Shown here in pieces: positions 9,662-19,112 of a stretch of 64,000 nt of DNA. The stretch spans positions 64,001 to 128,000 of the forward strand of contig CAVSLV010000004.1 of assembly GCA_963728915.1 (NCBI GenBank), in the 5' to 3' direction. Source of the DNA: an uncultured Gemmatimonadales bacterium (GTDB lineage Bacteria > Gemmatimonadota > Gemmatimonadetes > Gemmatimonadales > GWC2-71-9). The position numbers and the translations under genes were made by a program. The stretch's first letter is position 1. Each line of letters begins with the position of its first letter. The notes under the pieces were generated by a model. It did not search any database, was not told the origin of the DNA, and worked only from the letters and a program-made list of their open reading frames with translations.

Positions 9662-11352
9662 AGCTCCTTCCGGTTCAGCAGATCCACCGCATGCGCGACC
9701 GCGCGCGCGGTCAGCGCCATGTACGTGATCGAGGGATTCTGATTGCCCGATGAGACCATGCAGGCGCCGTCGGTCACGAATACGTTCTTCGCGTCCCACA
9801 CCTGGTTCCAGCCGTTCAGGACCGACGTCTTCGGGTCCCGTCCCATCCGGGCGGTGCCCATCTCGTGAATGCAGAGACCCGGGGGCAGATGGTCGTTGTA
9901 GGTGCGCACGTCCTTCGCCCCCGCGGCCTCGAGCATCTCGGCGGCGGTGGCCTGCACGTCCTCGGTCAGGGCGAGCTCGTTGGGACCCCAGGAACACTGG
10001 ACCTTGAGCGCCGGAATGCCCCATTTGTCCTTCAGGGTCGGATGGAGCGCGATGAAGTTGTCCTGCCGCGGCAGACATTCCGCCCACCCCCCGATCGAGA
10101 ACCGCCACGGCGCCAGCTCTTCGGACAGGAGCGCCTTCTTGAACTCGGGCCCGAAGCCCTGGCGCGGCCGCGGGACGGTGCCCCGGCTCCCACCGCCCTG
10201 AAAACCGTAGCCCCGCAGGAACTTCGGATGCTTCTCCTTCACGTTGCGGAACCGGACGATGTAGATCCCGTTGGGACGCCGCCCGTAGGAGGTCTGGTCC
10301 TCGAAGCCGGGGATCGTTCCGCTGGCGCCGGCCCCGAAGGTATGGTCCATCACGTTCCGGCCGAGCTGGCCGCTGGAGTTGCCTAACCCGGTCGAGAAGC
10401 GCTCCGTCGCGGAGTTGAGCAGGATCCGGGCGGATTCGAGCGCCGACGCGCAGACGAACACGATCCGGGCCTGGAATTCGAGCGGCTGCATCGTTTCGCC
10501 GTCGATCGCCCGGACTCCGGTCGCCCGGTCGAGCCGGGCGTCGTACCTCACACTGTGCACCACGCTGTGGGGTCGGACCGTCAGGAGCCCGGTCTTCCGG
10601 GCGGCCGGCAGGGTGGAGCCCAGGCTCGAGAAGAAGGAATGGGTGATGCAGCCCCGCTCACAGGGACCGCAGTAGTGGCACGCCGCCCGCCCGTTGTGAT
10701 TCCGGGTCAGGATTGCGCACCGGCCGATCGTCAGGACCCGCTCACCGGCCCACTTCTCCATCAGCTTGTCGCGGACCAGTCGTTCGACGCAACGCATCTC
10801 CATCGGGGGAAGGAACTGGCCGTCGGGGAGTTGAGGCAGGTTCTCCGCCTGGCCGCTGACCCCGATGAACCGCTCGACGTGATCGTACCAGGGGGCGATG
10901 TCGGCATAGCGGATCGGCCAGTCCACCGCGACGCCGTCCCGCGCGTTGGCTTCGAAATCGAGATCGCTCCAGCGATACACCTGGCGTCCCCAGGTGATCG
11001 AGCGCCCGCCCAGATGACGTCCCCGGATCCAGTGAAACGGCTTGTCGGCGTCGAACTCGTAGGGGTTCTCGCGGTCGTTCACGAAGAACTTGCCGCTGTA
11101 CTCGTCGCAGGCATAACAGTTCTTCTGGATGAACTGATCCCGGTCGAGCGCCTGGCGATCGCCCCGTCCCCGGAAATGCATTTCCCAGGGCTGGACGTGC
11201 TCGCAATAGTCGGTGCCCGGCTCGATCGGCCGTCCGGCCTCGAGCACCAGGGTCCGGAGACCGTGCTCGCAGAGCTCCTTGGCCGCCCAGCCACCGCTGA
11301 TCCCGCTCCCGACGACGATCGCGTCGTAGGCGGTGTCCTGCGGCGGCTTCAC
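9658..11352 (-). CDS. GMC family FAD oxidoreductase (glucoside 3-dehydrogenase-like catalytic subunit)
   Basis: IVVGSGISGGWAAKEL, Cys cluster CHYCGPCERGC, IHEMGTARMG, NPSITYMAL. Confidence 0.92.
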   Translation of the reverse strand: MKPPQDTAYDAIVVGSGISGGWAAKELCEHGLRTLVLEAGRPIEPGTDYCEHVQPWEMHFRGRGDRQALDRDQFIQKNCYACDEYSGKFFVNDRENPYEFDADKPFHWIRGRHLGGRSITWGRQVYRWSDLDFEANARDGVAVDWPIRYADIAPWYDHVERFIGVSGQAENLPQLPDGQFLPPMEMRCVERLVRDKLMEKWAGERVLTIGRCAILTRNHNGRAACHYCGPCERGCITHSFFSSLGSTLPAARKTGLLTVRPHSVVHSVRYDARLDRATGVRAIDGETMQPLEFQARIVFVCASALESARILLNSATERFSTGLGNSSGQLGRNVMDHTFGAGASGTIPGFEDQTSYGRRPNGIYIVRFRNVKEKHPKFLRGYGFQGGGSRGTVPRPRQGFGPEFKKALLSEELAPWRFSIGGWAECLPRQDNFIALHPTLKDKWGIPALKVQCSWGPNELALTEDVQATAAEMLEAAGAKDVRTYNDHLPPGLCIHEMGTARMGRDPKTSVLNGWNQVWDAKNVFVTDGACMVSSGNQNPSITYMALTARAVAHAVDLLNRKEL

Positions 11353-11906
11353 GATGGGGTCCGGAGCGGAATGCAGCCGTCGAAGCGTCCCGGAATGATC
11401 GGAGTGGTTCGGGTGAGTTCGGAGATTTCCCGCGAGGTGACGAATCCGAAGATGAGACCGTCCTTGATCCGGGCGTAGGCGGCTTCCGCGGAACCCCGCT
11501 CGCCCCGGACCCCGTCAATCGTGGCCAGGAAGGTGGAACGATCCTCGCCGCTCACCTCGGCAAACCCGCGGCCGAAGCGCTCCTGGCACCGGGCGTCCAG
11601 CGCGTTGAGCCCCGCGATGGTCTCCTCCCGGTCCGACGCCGGATACCACTCGGCGAGCAGCAGGTCGACGAACTCCGGAGCGCCGACTTCCACCGCTCCT
11701 GGAGTGTCGGTCGCCGGGATGATGGCTTCGCCCAGCGCACGCACCAGATCGAGCTGCTCCTCCGTCAGGGCTTGCCCGGGCCGGGAAACCACCGCGCGGG
11801 TGTGGAGCGCCCGGCCGACGCGCCAGCGCTCACTGGCCGGGAAGGGAATCAGGAGCGGGCCGAGGGCGGCGGTGCCGAGGAACCGAAGGACGTCGCGTCG
11901 TTGCAT
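11349..11906 (-). CDS. Gluconate 2-dehydrogenase subunit 3 family protein (Tat partner subunit)
   Basis: MQRRDVL signal, IIPATDTPGA, GFVTSRE, PGRFDGC; directly upstream of the GMC gene. Confidence 0.88.
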   Translation of the reverse strand: MQRRDVLRFLGTAALGPLLIPFPASERWRVGRALHTRAVVSRPGQALTEEQLDLVRALGEAIIPATDTPGAVEVGAPEFVDLLLAEWYPASDREETIAGLNALDARCQERFGRGFAEVSGEDRSTFLATIDGVRGERGSAEAAYARIKDGLIFGFVTSREISELTRTTPIIPGRFDGCIPLRTPS

Positions 11907-11978
11907 GAAGTGATCCTCCCGGTCGGAAGGTACCCCAATCCGGGCCGAGGTCCAGCGCGGCCTCTATACTTCTCCGCT

Positions 11979-13001
11979 GTGTCGATTCTCGAGTGCCAGC
12001 GGATCACCAAACGGTTCGAAGCGGCGCCCGCGGTGGACCAGGTTTCGTTCACGGTGGAGCGGGGCGAATTCTTTTCTCTGCTCGGGCCGTCCGGATGCGG
12101 CAAAACCACGACGCTCCGTCTGGTGGCGGGCCTCGAGGACCCCGATGCCGGGGCAATCCTTATCGGCGGCCGCCCGATGCGACAGGTGCCGGCTCATGAG
12201 CGCGGGCTCGGCATGGTGTTCCAGCACTACGCTCTGTTTCCCCATCTGTCGGTGGAGCGGAATGTCGCGTATGGGCTCGAACGCCGGCAGCTCCCCAGGC
12301 CAGAGGTCGTTTCCCGGGTCCATCGGGCCCTCGAGCTCGTCAAGCTCGACCCCGGGGAGTTCGCGGCCCGGCGCCCTGCCGATTTGTCCGGGGGAGAACG
12401 CCAGCGGGTCGCCCTCGCCCGCGCCATCGTGGTTCAGCCCGAGCTGCTTCTGCTCGACGAGCCCCTCGGCGCGCTGGACCTGTCGCTTCGGAAAGCGATG
12501 CAGCTCGAGCTGAAGGCCCTGAACCGCACCCTGGGGATCACCTTCCTGTACGTGACCCATGATCAGGAGGAAGCCCTCACCATGTCCGACCGCCTCGCGG
12601 TGATGCACCGCGGCGCGATCGTGCAGATCGGCGCGCCGCCCGAGATCTACGAGCGGCCCCGCACCGCCTTCGTGGCGCGGTTCCTGGGCGAATCGAACGT
12701 GATCTCGGACGGAAAGGGTGGTCGGGTATCGGTCCGGCCGGAACGGATCGAGCTCCTGCCGCCGGACGCGGAAATGGGGTCAGACTCCATTGTGTCGGCG
12801 GGCCGGAGCCGGGGGAACATCGAGGAAGTGCTGTACCAGGGCGAGCGGGTTAGGGTCGGTGTGGTGCTCGGCTCGGGAGAGCGCCTGGTGGCGTCGATCC
12901 CGAATGACGGGCGGACCCGCGCGCCGGCTCCCGTCCCCGGGGCCCCGGTCGCGGTGCGATGGGGCGCCGAGGACGCCTGGCCGCTCGAGGCGGACCAGTG
13001 A
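11979..13001 (+). CDS. potA: Polyamine ABC transporter ATP-binding protein
   Basis: GPSGCGKTT, LSGGERQR, LLLDEPLGALD, VTHDQEEA, C-terminal TOBE-like region; operon context. Confidence 0.88.
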   Translation: MSILECQRITKRFEAAPAVDQVSFTVERGEFFSLLGPSGCGKTTTLRLVAGLEDPDAGAILIGGRPMRQVPAHERGLGMVFQHYALFPHLSVERNVAYGLERRQLPRPEVVSRVHRALELVKLDPGEFAARRPADLSGGERQRVALARAIVVQPELLLLDEPLGALDLSLRKAMQLELKALNRTLGITFLYVTHDQEEALTMSDRLAVMHRGAIVQIGAPPEIYERPRTAFVARFLGESNVISDGKGGRVSVRPERIELLPPDAEMGSDSIVSAGRSRGNIEEVLYQGERVRVGVVLGSGERLVASIPNDGRTRAPAPVPGAPVAVRWGAEDAWPLEADQ

Positions 13002-13876
13002 GCCGGCGCGGCGCGCTCGGGGCCCTTCGCCGCCGGCCCGCGCTGCGGCGGGTGCTGCTCCTCGCGCCGGGTTCCCTCTGGCTCACCGTCTTTTTTGCCA
13101 TTCCGCTGCTCTTCGTGGTGGTCGCGAGCCTGATGCACCGGGGGCAATTCGGCGGGGTGGCGCCCGGATTCACCGTGGAGCATTATCGCCGGTTCTTCGA
13201 CCCCCTCTACCTCGCAGTGCTGGCGCGAACCACGCTCTGGGCCGCCCTCACCACCGCGGGATGCGTCGCGCTGGGATTCCCGGTCGCCTGGGTCGTTGCA
13301 CGGAGCCGGCGGTTCCGGAACCTCCTGCTCCTGCTCGTGGTGATCCCCTTCTGGACCAGTTTCCTGGTCCGGACCTTCGCGATGATCTTCCTCCTCAGGG
13401 ACAGTGGCCTGGTGAATGAAGTGCTGCTCCAGCTGGGGCTCATCCGGGAACCGCTCACCCTGCTCTATACTCCTTTCGCAGTACTGCTCGGCCTGATCTA
13501 CGGATTCCTTCCCTTCATGATTCTGCCGGTTTATGCGACGCTGGAGCGGCTCGACCCCACCCTGCTCGAAGCCGCCGCCTTGCTGGGCGCGAGGCCCGCC
13601 ACCCGGCTCCGAACCGTGATCGTTCCCCTCGCCCTTCCAGGCATTATCGCGGGCGGTCTCCTCGTATTCGTCTCGGCATTCGGCAGCTTCCTGACCTCGG
13701 ACCTCCTGGGCGGCGCCAAGCAGGCCATGATCGGCAACCTGATCCAGAACCAGTTCACCACCGCCCGGAACTGGCCGTTCGGCTCGGCGGCGTCGCTCAT
13801 CGTCATGGCGGTGGTGATGATCGCGGTGCTCGGATCGCTTCGATCCCGCGACCGGACCGCGGCGGTGGGATCATGA
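12998..13876 (+). CDS. potB: Polyamine ABC transporter permease
   Basis: IPFWTSFLVRTFA, EAA motif, NWPFGSA. Confidence 0.88.
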   Translation: MSRRGALGALRRRPALRRVLLLAPGSLWLTVFFAIPLLFVVVASLMHRGQFGGVAPGFTVEHYRRFFDPLYLAVLARTTLWAALTTAGCVALGFPVAWVVARSRRFRNLLLLLVVIPFWTSFLVRTFAMIFLLRDSGLVNEVLLQLGLIREPLTLLYTPFAVLLGLIYGFLPFMILPVYATLERLDPTLLEAAALLGARPATRLRTVIVPLALPGIIAGGLLVFVSAFGSFLTSDLLGGAKQAMIGNLIQNQFTTARNWPFGSAASLIVMAVVMIAVLGSLRSRDRTAAVGS

Positions 13877-14664
13877 AGCGCCAGTCCCGCATCGCCCTCA
13901 CCCTGGCGGGCGCGGTGTACCTCTTCCTCCACCTTCCCATCCTGGTGCTGGTCGGGTTCAGCTTCAATCAATCCAGGTACTCGGTGCGGTGGACTGGATT
14001 CACGCTCCAGTGGTATCGCGCCCTGCTGGACCGTTCCGACCTGTTGCGAGGGCTCAAGGTGAGTCTTCTGGTCGGGGTCGCTTCCACGGTGGTCGCGACG
14101 ATGCTGGGGACCCTGCTCGCGCTGGGCCTCGCGCGCGGGACCCGGCAGGCCGGTCGCATCGCCGAAGGGCTCCTCTTCCTCCCGATCGTGACGCCGGAGA
14201 TCATCGCCGGCATCTCGTTGTTGATGCTCTTCGCCCAGGTCGGGATACCGCTCGGTATCGGCACCATCACGATCGCGCACGTTGCGTTCAACATCGGGTT
14301 CGTGGCGATCGTGGTGCGAGCCCGGCTCGAAGGGATGGATCGAAGCCTCGAGGAAGCCGCGTCGGTGCTGGGCGCCGACGAGCTGACCGCGTTTCGCACC
14401 GTGACGATTCCCCAGCTCGCTCCGGGGATCCTGGCCGGGGCCCTGCTGGCCTTCACCATGTCGTTCGACGATTACGTCATCACGTCGCTGGTTTCCGGCA
14501 CCGGCTCCTCCACCCTGCCGATGGTGGTGTACAGCATGGTGCGCCGCAACATCGATCCCACCGTGAACGCCATCAGCACGATCATTCTGGTGACGACGTC
14601 TCTCGGTATCTGGGCCATGTTCCGGCTGAGCCGGGAACGGCCCCTGGCCGCGGGACGAGGATGA
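13873..14664 (+). CDS. potC: Polyamine ABC transporter permease
   Basis: FSFN...WTGFTLQWY, LEEAASVLGA, FTMSFDDYVIT. Confidence 0.88.
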   Translation: MKRQSRIALTLAGAVYLFLHLPILVLVGFSFNQSRYSVRWTGFTLQWYRALLDRSDLLRGLKVSLLVGVASTVVATMLGTLLALGLARGTRQAGRIAEGLLFLPIVTPEIIAGISLLMLFAQVGIPLGIGTITIAHVAFNIGFVAIVVRARLEGMDRSLEEAASVLGADELTAFRTVTIPQLAPGILAGALLAFTMSFDDYVITSLVSGTGSSTLPMVVYSMVRRNIDPTVNAISTIILVTTSLGIWAMFRLSRERPLAAGRG

Positions 14665-14671
14665 CGAAGCG

Positions 14672-15748
14672 ATGAAGCGGAGAGCGTTCCTGCAACGGCT
14701 TGCCGCCCTGAGCGGCACGCTTCCGGCGGCGGCCACCCTCGCTGCCTGCCGGCGGGAGCCCAAGGGGCCACCGGCGGGAAGCGACACCCTCGGCGCGATC
14801 GAGGACCGGCTCAACATCTACAACTGGTCCGATTACATCGGTCCCGACGTGATCCCCGGGTTCGAGAAGGAATTCGGAGTGAAGGTGGTGTACGACACCT
14901 TCGAAAGCAGCGAGGAGATGGTCGCCAAGCTCCTCGCCGGCGCGAGCGGCTACGACCTGGTGGTCCCTCCCACCTACGCGGTGACCGCCCTACGTGGCGC
15001 CGACCTGCTCGCCCCGCTCTCTCTCCGCTACCTCCCCAATCTCCCGAATCTCTCCCCGATCTTTCGGGGCAGGCCGCACGATCCGGAAAACCGGTTCACC
15101 GTGCCGTGGCAATGGGGAATGACCGGGATCGCCTGGCGCAGCGACCGGGTTTCCGACGCACCGGAGAGCTGGAGCGTCTTCCTGGACCGTTCCTGGCGCG
15201 GCAAGATGACCATGCTGGACGACTACCGGGATGTGATCGGCGCGTTTCTCAAGTACCGGGGGCACTCCCTCAACTCCACCGACCGGCCGGAGCTCGAAAC
15301 CGCGGAGCGGGACGCCATTGCCGCCAAGGCGAACCTCAAGGCCTACCTCTCCGCCCCGGTGAAGAGCCAGCTGATCGGCGGCGATGTCTGGATCGCCCAG
15401 CTCTGGAACGGGGATGCCGCCCAGGCCGCCCGGGAAGAGCCGGCGATTTCCTGGCTGCTTCCCGAGGAGGGGAGCACCCTCTGGATCGACTCGCTGGCGG
15501 TGCCCCGTTCCGCGCCGCATCCCCGCGCGGCGCACGAGTTCATGAACTACATCCTGCGCCCCGAAGTGGGGGCCTCGATCTCCCGGGCCACCGGGTACGG
15601 CACCCCCAATCAGGCGGCGATGCCCCTGCTCGAGAAGCCGGTCCCCTATCCGGATGCCACCCAGCTGGCCCGCCTGGAGGTCCAGACCGACCTGGGCGGC
15701 GCGAGCGGGTTATGGGACGAGGTCTGGACCAGGATCAAGACCGCGTAA
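14672..15748 (+). CDS. potD: Polyamine ABC transporter substrate-binding lipoprotein
   Basis: LNIYNWSDYI, GYDLVVP, PWQWGMTGI, WNGD, PEEGSTLWID; KRRAFL...LAAC Tat-lipoprotein signal. Confidence 0.88.
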   Translation: MKRRAFLQRLAALSGTLPAAATLAACRREPKGPPAGSDTLGAIEDRLNIYNWSDYIGPDVIPGFEKEFGVKVVYDTFESSEEMVAKLLAGASGYDLVVPPTYAVTALRGADLLAPLSLRYLPNLPNLSPIFRGRPHDPENRFTVPWQWGMTGIAWRSDRVSDAPESWSVFLDRSWRGKMTMLDDYRDVIGAFLKYRGHSLNSTDRPELETAERDAIAAKANLKAYLSAPVKSQLIGGDVWIAQLWNGDAAQAAREEPAISWLLPEEGSTLWIDSLAVPRSAPHPRAAHEFMNYILRPEVGASISRATGYGTPNQAAMPLLEKPVPYPDATQLARLEVQTDLGGASGLWDEVWTRIKTA

Positions 15749-15797
15749 CCTTCCCCGGTTTGCGGGCCCCGTGGGGGCCGGAGTAGAATTCCCGCCC

Positions 15798-15956
15798 ATG
15801 AGGATCTTCGGGATCGTGTTCGCCTCCCTCGGCGCCGGGATGATTCTCTTCGCGCTGGTCTACCTCAACGGGCTCCTGTTCGGGCTCGTCAACAGCATGG
15901 TCACCCTGATGGCCGGCCCCCTGGTGGACCGGATCTTCGCCCGCCGCAAGTCCTAG
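15798..15956 (+). CDS. Small hydrophobic membrane protein (52 aa)
   Basis: MRIFGIVFASLGAG...; GC-rich third positions; TAGAAT 8 nt upstream. Confidence 0.6.
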   Translation: MRIFGIVFASLGAGMILFALVYLNGLLFGLVNSMVTLMAGPLVDRIFARRKS

Positions 15957-16016
15957 CCGGATAAGCTGCCGTCGAATCAACAGGTTGGCGGGTCTCCGCG
16001 TAGTACCTTCGCCCCT

Positions 16017-19000
16017 ATGAACCTCTCCGATATCGCCATCAAGCGCCCGGTGTTCGCCAGCATGGCGAGCGCCGCCCTGGTCCTGTTCGGGGCCATCGGC
16101 TACAAGCAGCTCCTGGTTCGCGAGTTCCCCGACGTCGATCCGGTGATCGTGTCGGTTTCGGTCTCGCTCCGGGGCGCCAACCCCTACACCATCGAATCGT
16201 CGATCACCGACGTCCTGGAGGAACAGCTCGCCTCGCTCGAGGGTCTCCGGACCATGACCAGCCGGAGCACCGAGCAGCAGTCCACCATCACCCTCGAATT
16301 CGATCTCGACCGGCCCATCGAGGCCGCCGCCCAGGACGTCCGCGACATCGTTTCCCGGGTGCGGGGCCGGCTGCCCCAGCAGATCGAGGACCCGGTCGTC
16401 AACAAGCAGGACGCCGATGCCCGGCCCATGCTGTTCATCGGGCTCGAGTCGGAACAGTACGACCTGATGAAGCTGTCGGAGATCGCCGATCAGGTCCTGA
16501 AGCCCCAGCTCCAGACCATTCCCGGTGTCGCCCGGGCGGAAATCCGGGGCGAGCGCCGCTATGCCATGCGGATCTGGCCGTCGGCCAGTTCGCTCGCCGC
16601 CCACGGCCTCACCGTCCAGGACCTCACCAGTGCGATTCAGGCGCGCAATATCGAGATCCCGGCCGGCCGGATCGAGTCCGAGCGGCGCGAGTTCTCGGTC
16701 CGCTCCCTCGGACAGCTTCGGACCCCGCAGGAATTCGCGGACATCGTCGTGTCGAGCCAGGGCGGACAGCTGGTCAAGCTGGGCGACGTGGCCCGGGTCG
16801 AAATCGGTCCCGAAGACGACCGCAGCATTTTCCGATTCAACGGCCGGCCCGCCATCGGGCTTTCCCTGGTGCGGCAGTCCAAGGCCAACCTCGTCGAGGT
16901 GGCCGACGCGGTCCGGGCGGCCATGCCGGATCTCCAGGCCTTCCTTCCGCCCGGCGTCACCGCGAAGATCGGCTACGACCAGTCGATGTATGTCAAACGG
17001 TCGATCACCGAGGCGAAAGAGACCCTGGTGCTGGCGGGGTTCCTCGTGGTGCTGATCATCTTCGTGTTCCTCCGGAACCTCCGCGCTACGATCATCCCGG
17101 GCCTCGCGATCCCCGCGTCCATCGTGGCGACCTTCGGCGTCATGTATGCGTTCGGATTTTCGGTGAACAACCTCACCCTGCTGGCGCTCACCCTCGCCAT
17201 CGGGATCGTGGTGGACGACGCCATCATCGTGCTGGAGAACGCCTACCGGCATCAGGAGGAGCTGCATCAGCCTCCCGAAGTCGCGGCGTCGCAGGGCACC
17301 AGGGAAATCGCGTTCGCGGTCATCGCGACCACGATGTCGCTGGTCTCGGTCTTCGTGCCCCTGGCCTTCCTCAAGGGGAACACCGGCCGGCTCTTCAAGG
17401 AGTTCGGGGTCGCGGTCGCGGCCTCCGTGGCGATCTCCGGGTTCGTCGCGCTGACCCTGACACCGATGCTCTGCGCCAAGATCCTCCGGGTGCCGCCCCG
17501 GCATGGTCCGCTCTACCAGGTTCTCGAGCGGGGGTTCACCGCGCTCGCGAACGGCTACCAGAAAGCCCTCGGCGCCGCGCTTCGGCACCGCGCGGCCGTG
17601 CTCGCCGGGGTCGCGGTGGTGGTGGCGGTCTCGACCTACGTCGGGCTGGGACTCAAGCGGGAGTTCGTGCCACCGGAAGATCGGGGCCAGATCCAGATCC
17701 AGGTTACCGCCCCCGAAGGGGCGACGCTGGCGTTCACCGACCAGTACCAGCGCCAGGTCGAGCAGATCCTCGCAGGTATTCCGGAGATCGACAACTTCAC
17801 CAGCTCGATCGGCGGCGGCGGGTTCGGGGGCGGCTCGGTGAGCGGCGGCTCGATCTTCGTTCGCTTCGTCGACTGGTCCCAGCGGAAGCGATCGGCCCAG
17901 GACATCATCGAAGAGCTGCGCCCCAGGCTTGCCCACATTCCCGGGGTCCAGGCGTTCGCGAACAATCCGCCCGCCTTCGGTGGATACGGCTCCGCGGTGC
18001 AATACGTGGTGCGGAATCCTGACTTCGACAGCCTCTACAACGGGGTCCAGGCCATGCTGGCCCGGGCCCGCAAGATCCCCGGGCTCATCAACGTCGATAC
18101 CGATCTTCGCATCAACAAGCCGGAGCTGTCGGTCTCCTACGATCGCGATCGTGCCGAGGACCTCGGCGTCCCGGTGCGCGACGTCGCCGGCACCATGCAG
18201 GCGCTGCTCGGCGGCCAGCAGATCGGCACCTTCACGATGAATAACAAGCTCTACTACGTGATGGTGCAGCTGGCCCCGGAGGCGCGCGCCACCCCCCGGG
18301 ACATGAGCGGCCTCACGGTACGGGGACGGGGCGGGCAGCTCATCCAGCTCGACCAGCTCGCCAAAGTCTCCGAAGGCGTGGGCCCCCGTTCCCTGAGCCA
18401 CTACATGCGGGTTCGCGCCGCCCAGCTCTCGGCGGGGCTCGCTCCCGGGTTCACCCTCGGTGAGGCGCTGGATTCTCTCGACGCGATCGCCCGCGACGTC
18501 CTCCCCACCGGCTCGACTACCGCGCTGGCCGGCGAATCCCGCGAGCTCCGGGAAAGCGGCACCTCACTCTACTTCGCCTTCATTCTGGCCCTGGTGTTCG
18601 TGTTCATGGTGCTCGCGTCTCAGTTCGAATCCATGATCCACCCGTTCACCGTCCTCACGGCGGTACCGCTCGCGGTCACCGGGGCGATCGTCACTCTGTT
18701 CATCGCCAGGTCCAGCATCAACCTGTACAGCCAGATCGGCATGATCCTCCTGATCGGGCTGGTGGCCAAGAACTCCATCCTGCTGGTGGATTACACCAAC
18801 CGGCTCCGAACCGAGGGGCTGGACGTGACCGCGGCCCTGATCGAGGCGGGGCGGGTCCGGCTCCGTCCCATCCTGATGACGTCGGTCGCCATCGTGATGG
18901 GGGCGATTCCGATCGCCCTGGCCCTCGGCGCCGGATCCATCAGCCGGCGTCCCCTGGGCTATGCGATCGTCGGCGGGGTCGTGTTCTCGACCGCGCTCAC

Positions 19001-19112
19001 CCTGTTCCTGGTACCGATCGTGTACTCTCTGATCGAGGGAGTTCGGGTCCGGGTCCGCCGTGCCAAGCCGCACGCGGCCCACAGCACCGTGCCGGCCCCC
19101 GAGGCCAAGTGA
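16017..19112 (+). CDS. RND efflux permease (AcrB/MdtB/MexW-like)
   Basis: IKRPVFA, GIVVDDAIIVLEN, LTLTPMLCA, KNSILLVD, RLRPILMT. Confidence 0.95.
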   Translation: MNLSDIAIKRPVFASMASAALVLFGAIGYKQLLVREFPDVDPVIVSVSVSLRGANPYTIESSITDVLEEQLASLEGLRTMTSRSTEQQSTITLEFDLDRPIEAAAQDVRDIVSRVRGRLPQQIEDPVVNKQDADARPMLFIGLESEQYDLMKLSEIADQVLKPQLQTIPGVARAEIRGERRYAMRIWPSASSLAAHGLTVQDLTSAIQARNIEIPAGRIESERREFSVRSLGQLRTPQEFADIVVSSQGGQLVKLGDVARVEIGPEDDRSIFRFNGRPAIGLSLVRQSKANLVEVADAVRAAMPDLQAFLPPGVTAKIGYDQSMYVKRSITEAKETLVLAGFLVVLIIFVFLRNLRATIIPGLAIPASIVATFGVMYAFGFSVNNLTLLALTLAIGIVVDDAIIVLENAYRHQEELHQPPEVAASQGTREIAFAVIATTMSLVSVFVPLAFLKGNTGRLFKEFGVAVAASVAISGFVALTLTPMLCAKILRVPPRHGPLYQVLERGFTALANGYQKALGAALRHRAAVLAGVAVVVAVSTYVGLGLKREFVPPEDRGQIQIQVTAPEGATLAFTDQYQRQVEQILAGIPEIDNFTSSIGGGGFGGGSVSGGSIFVRFVDWSQRKRSAQDIIEELRPRLAHIPGVQAFANNPPAFGGYGSAVQYVVRNPDFDSLYNGVQAMLARARKIPGLINVDTDLRINKPELSVSYDRDRAEDLGVPVRDVAGTMQALLGGQQIGTFTMNNKLYYVMVQLAPEARATPRDMSGLTVRGRGGQLIQLDQLAKVSEGVGPRSLSHYMRVRAAQLSAGLAPGFTLGEALDSLDAIARDVLPTGSTTALAGESRELRESGTSLYFAFILALVFVFMVLASQFESMIHPFTVLTAVPLAVTGAIVTLFIARSSINLYSQIGMILLIGLVAKNSILLVDYTNRLRTEGLDVTAALIEAGRVRLRPILMTSVAIVMGAIPIALALGAGSISRRPLGYAIVGGVVFSTALTLFLVPIVYSLIEGVRVRVRRAKPHAAHSTVPAPEAK

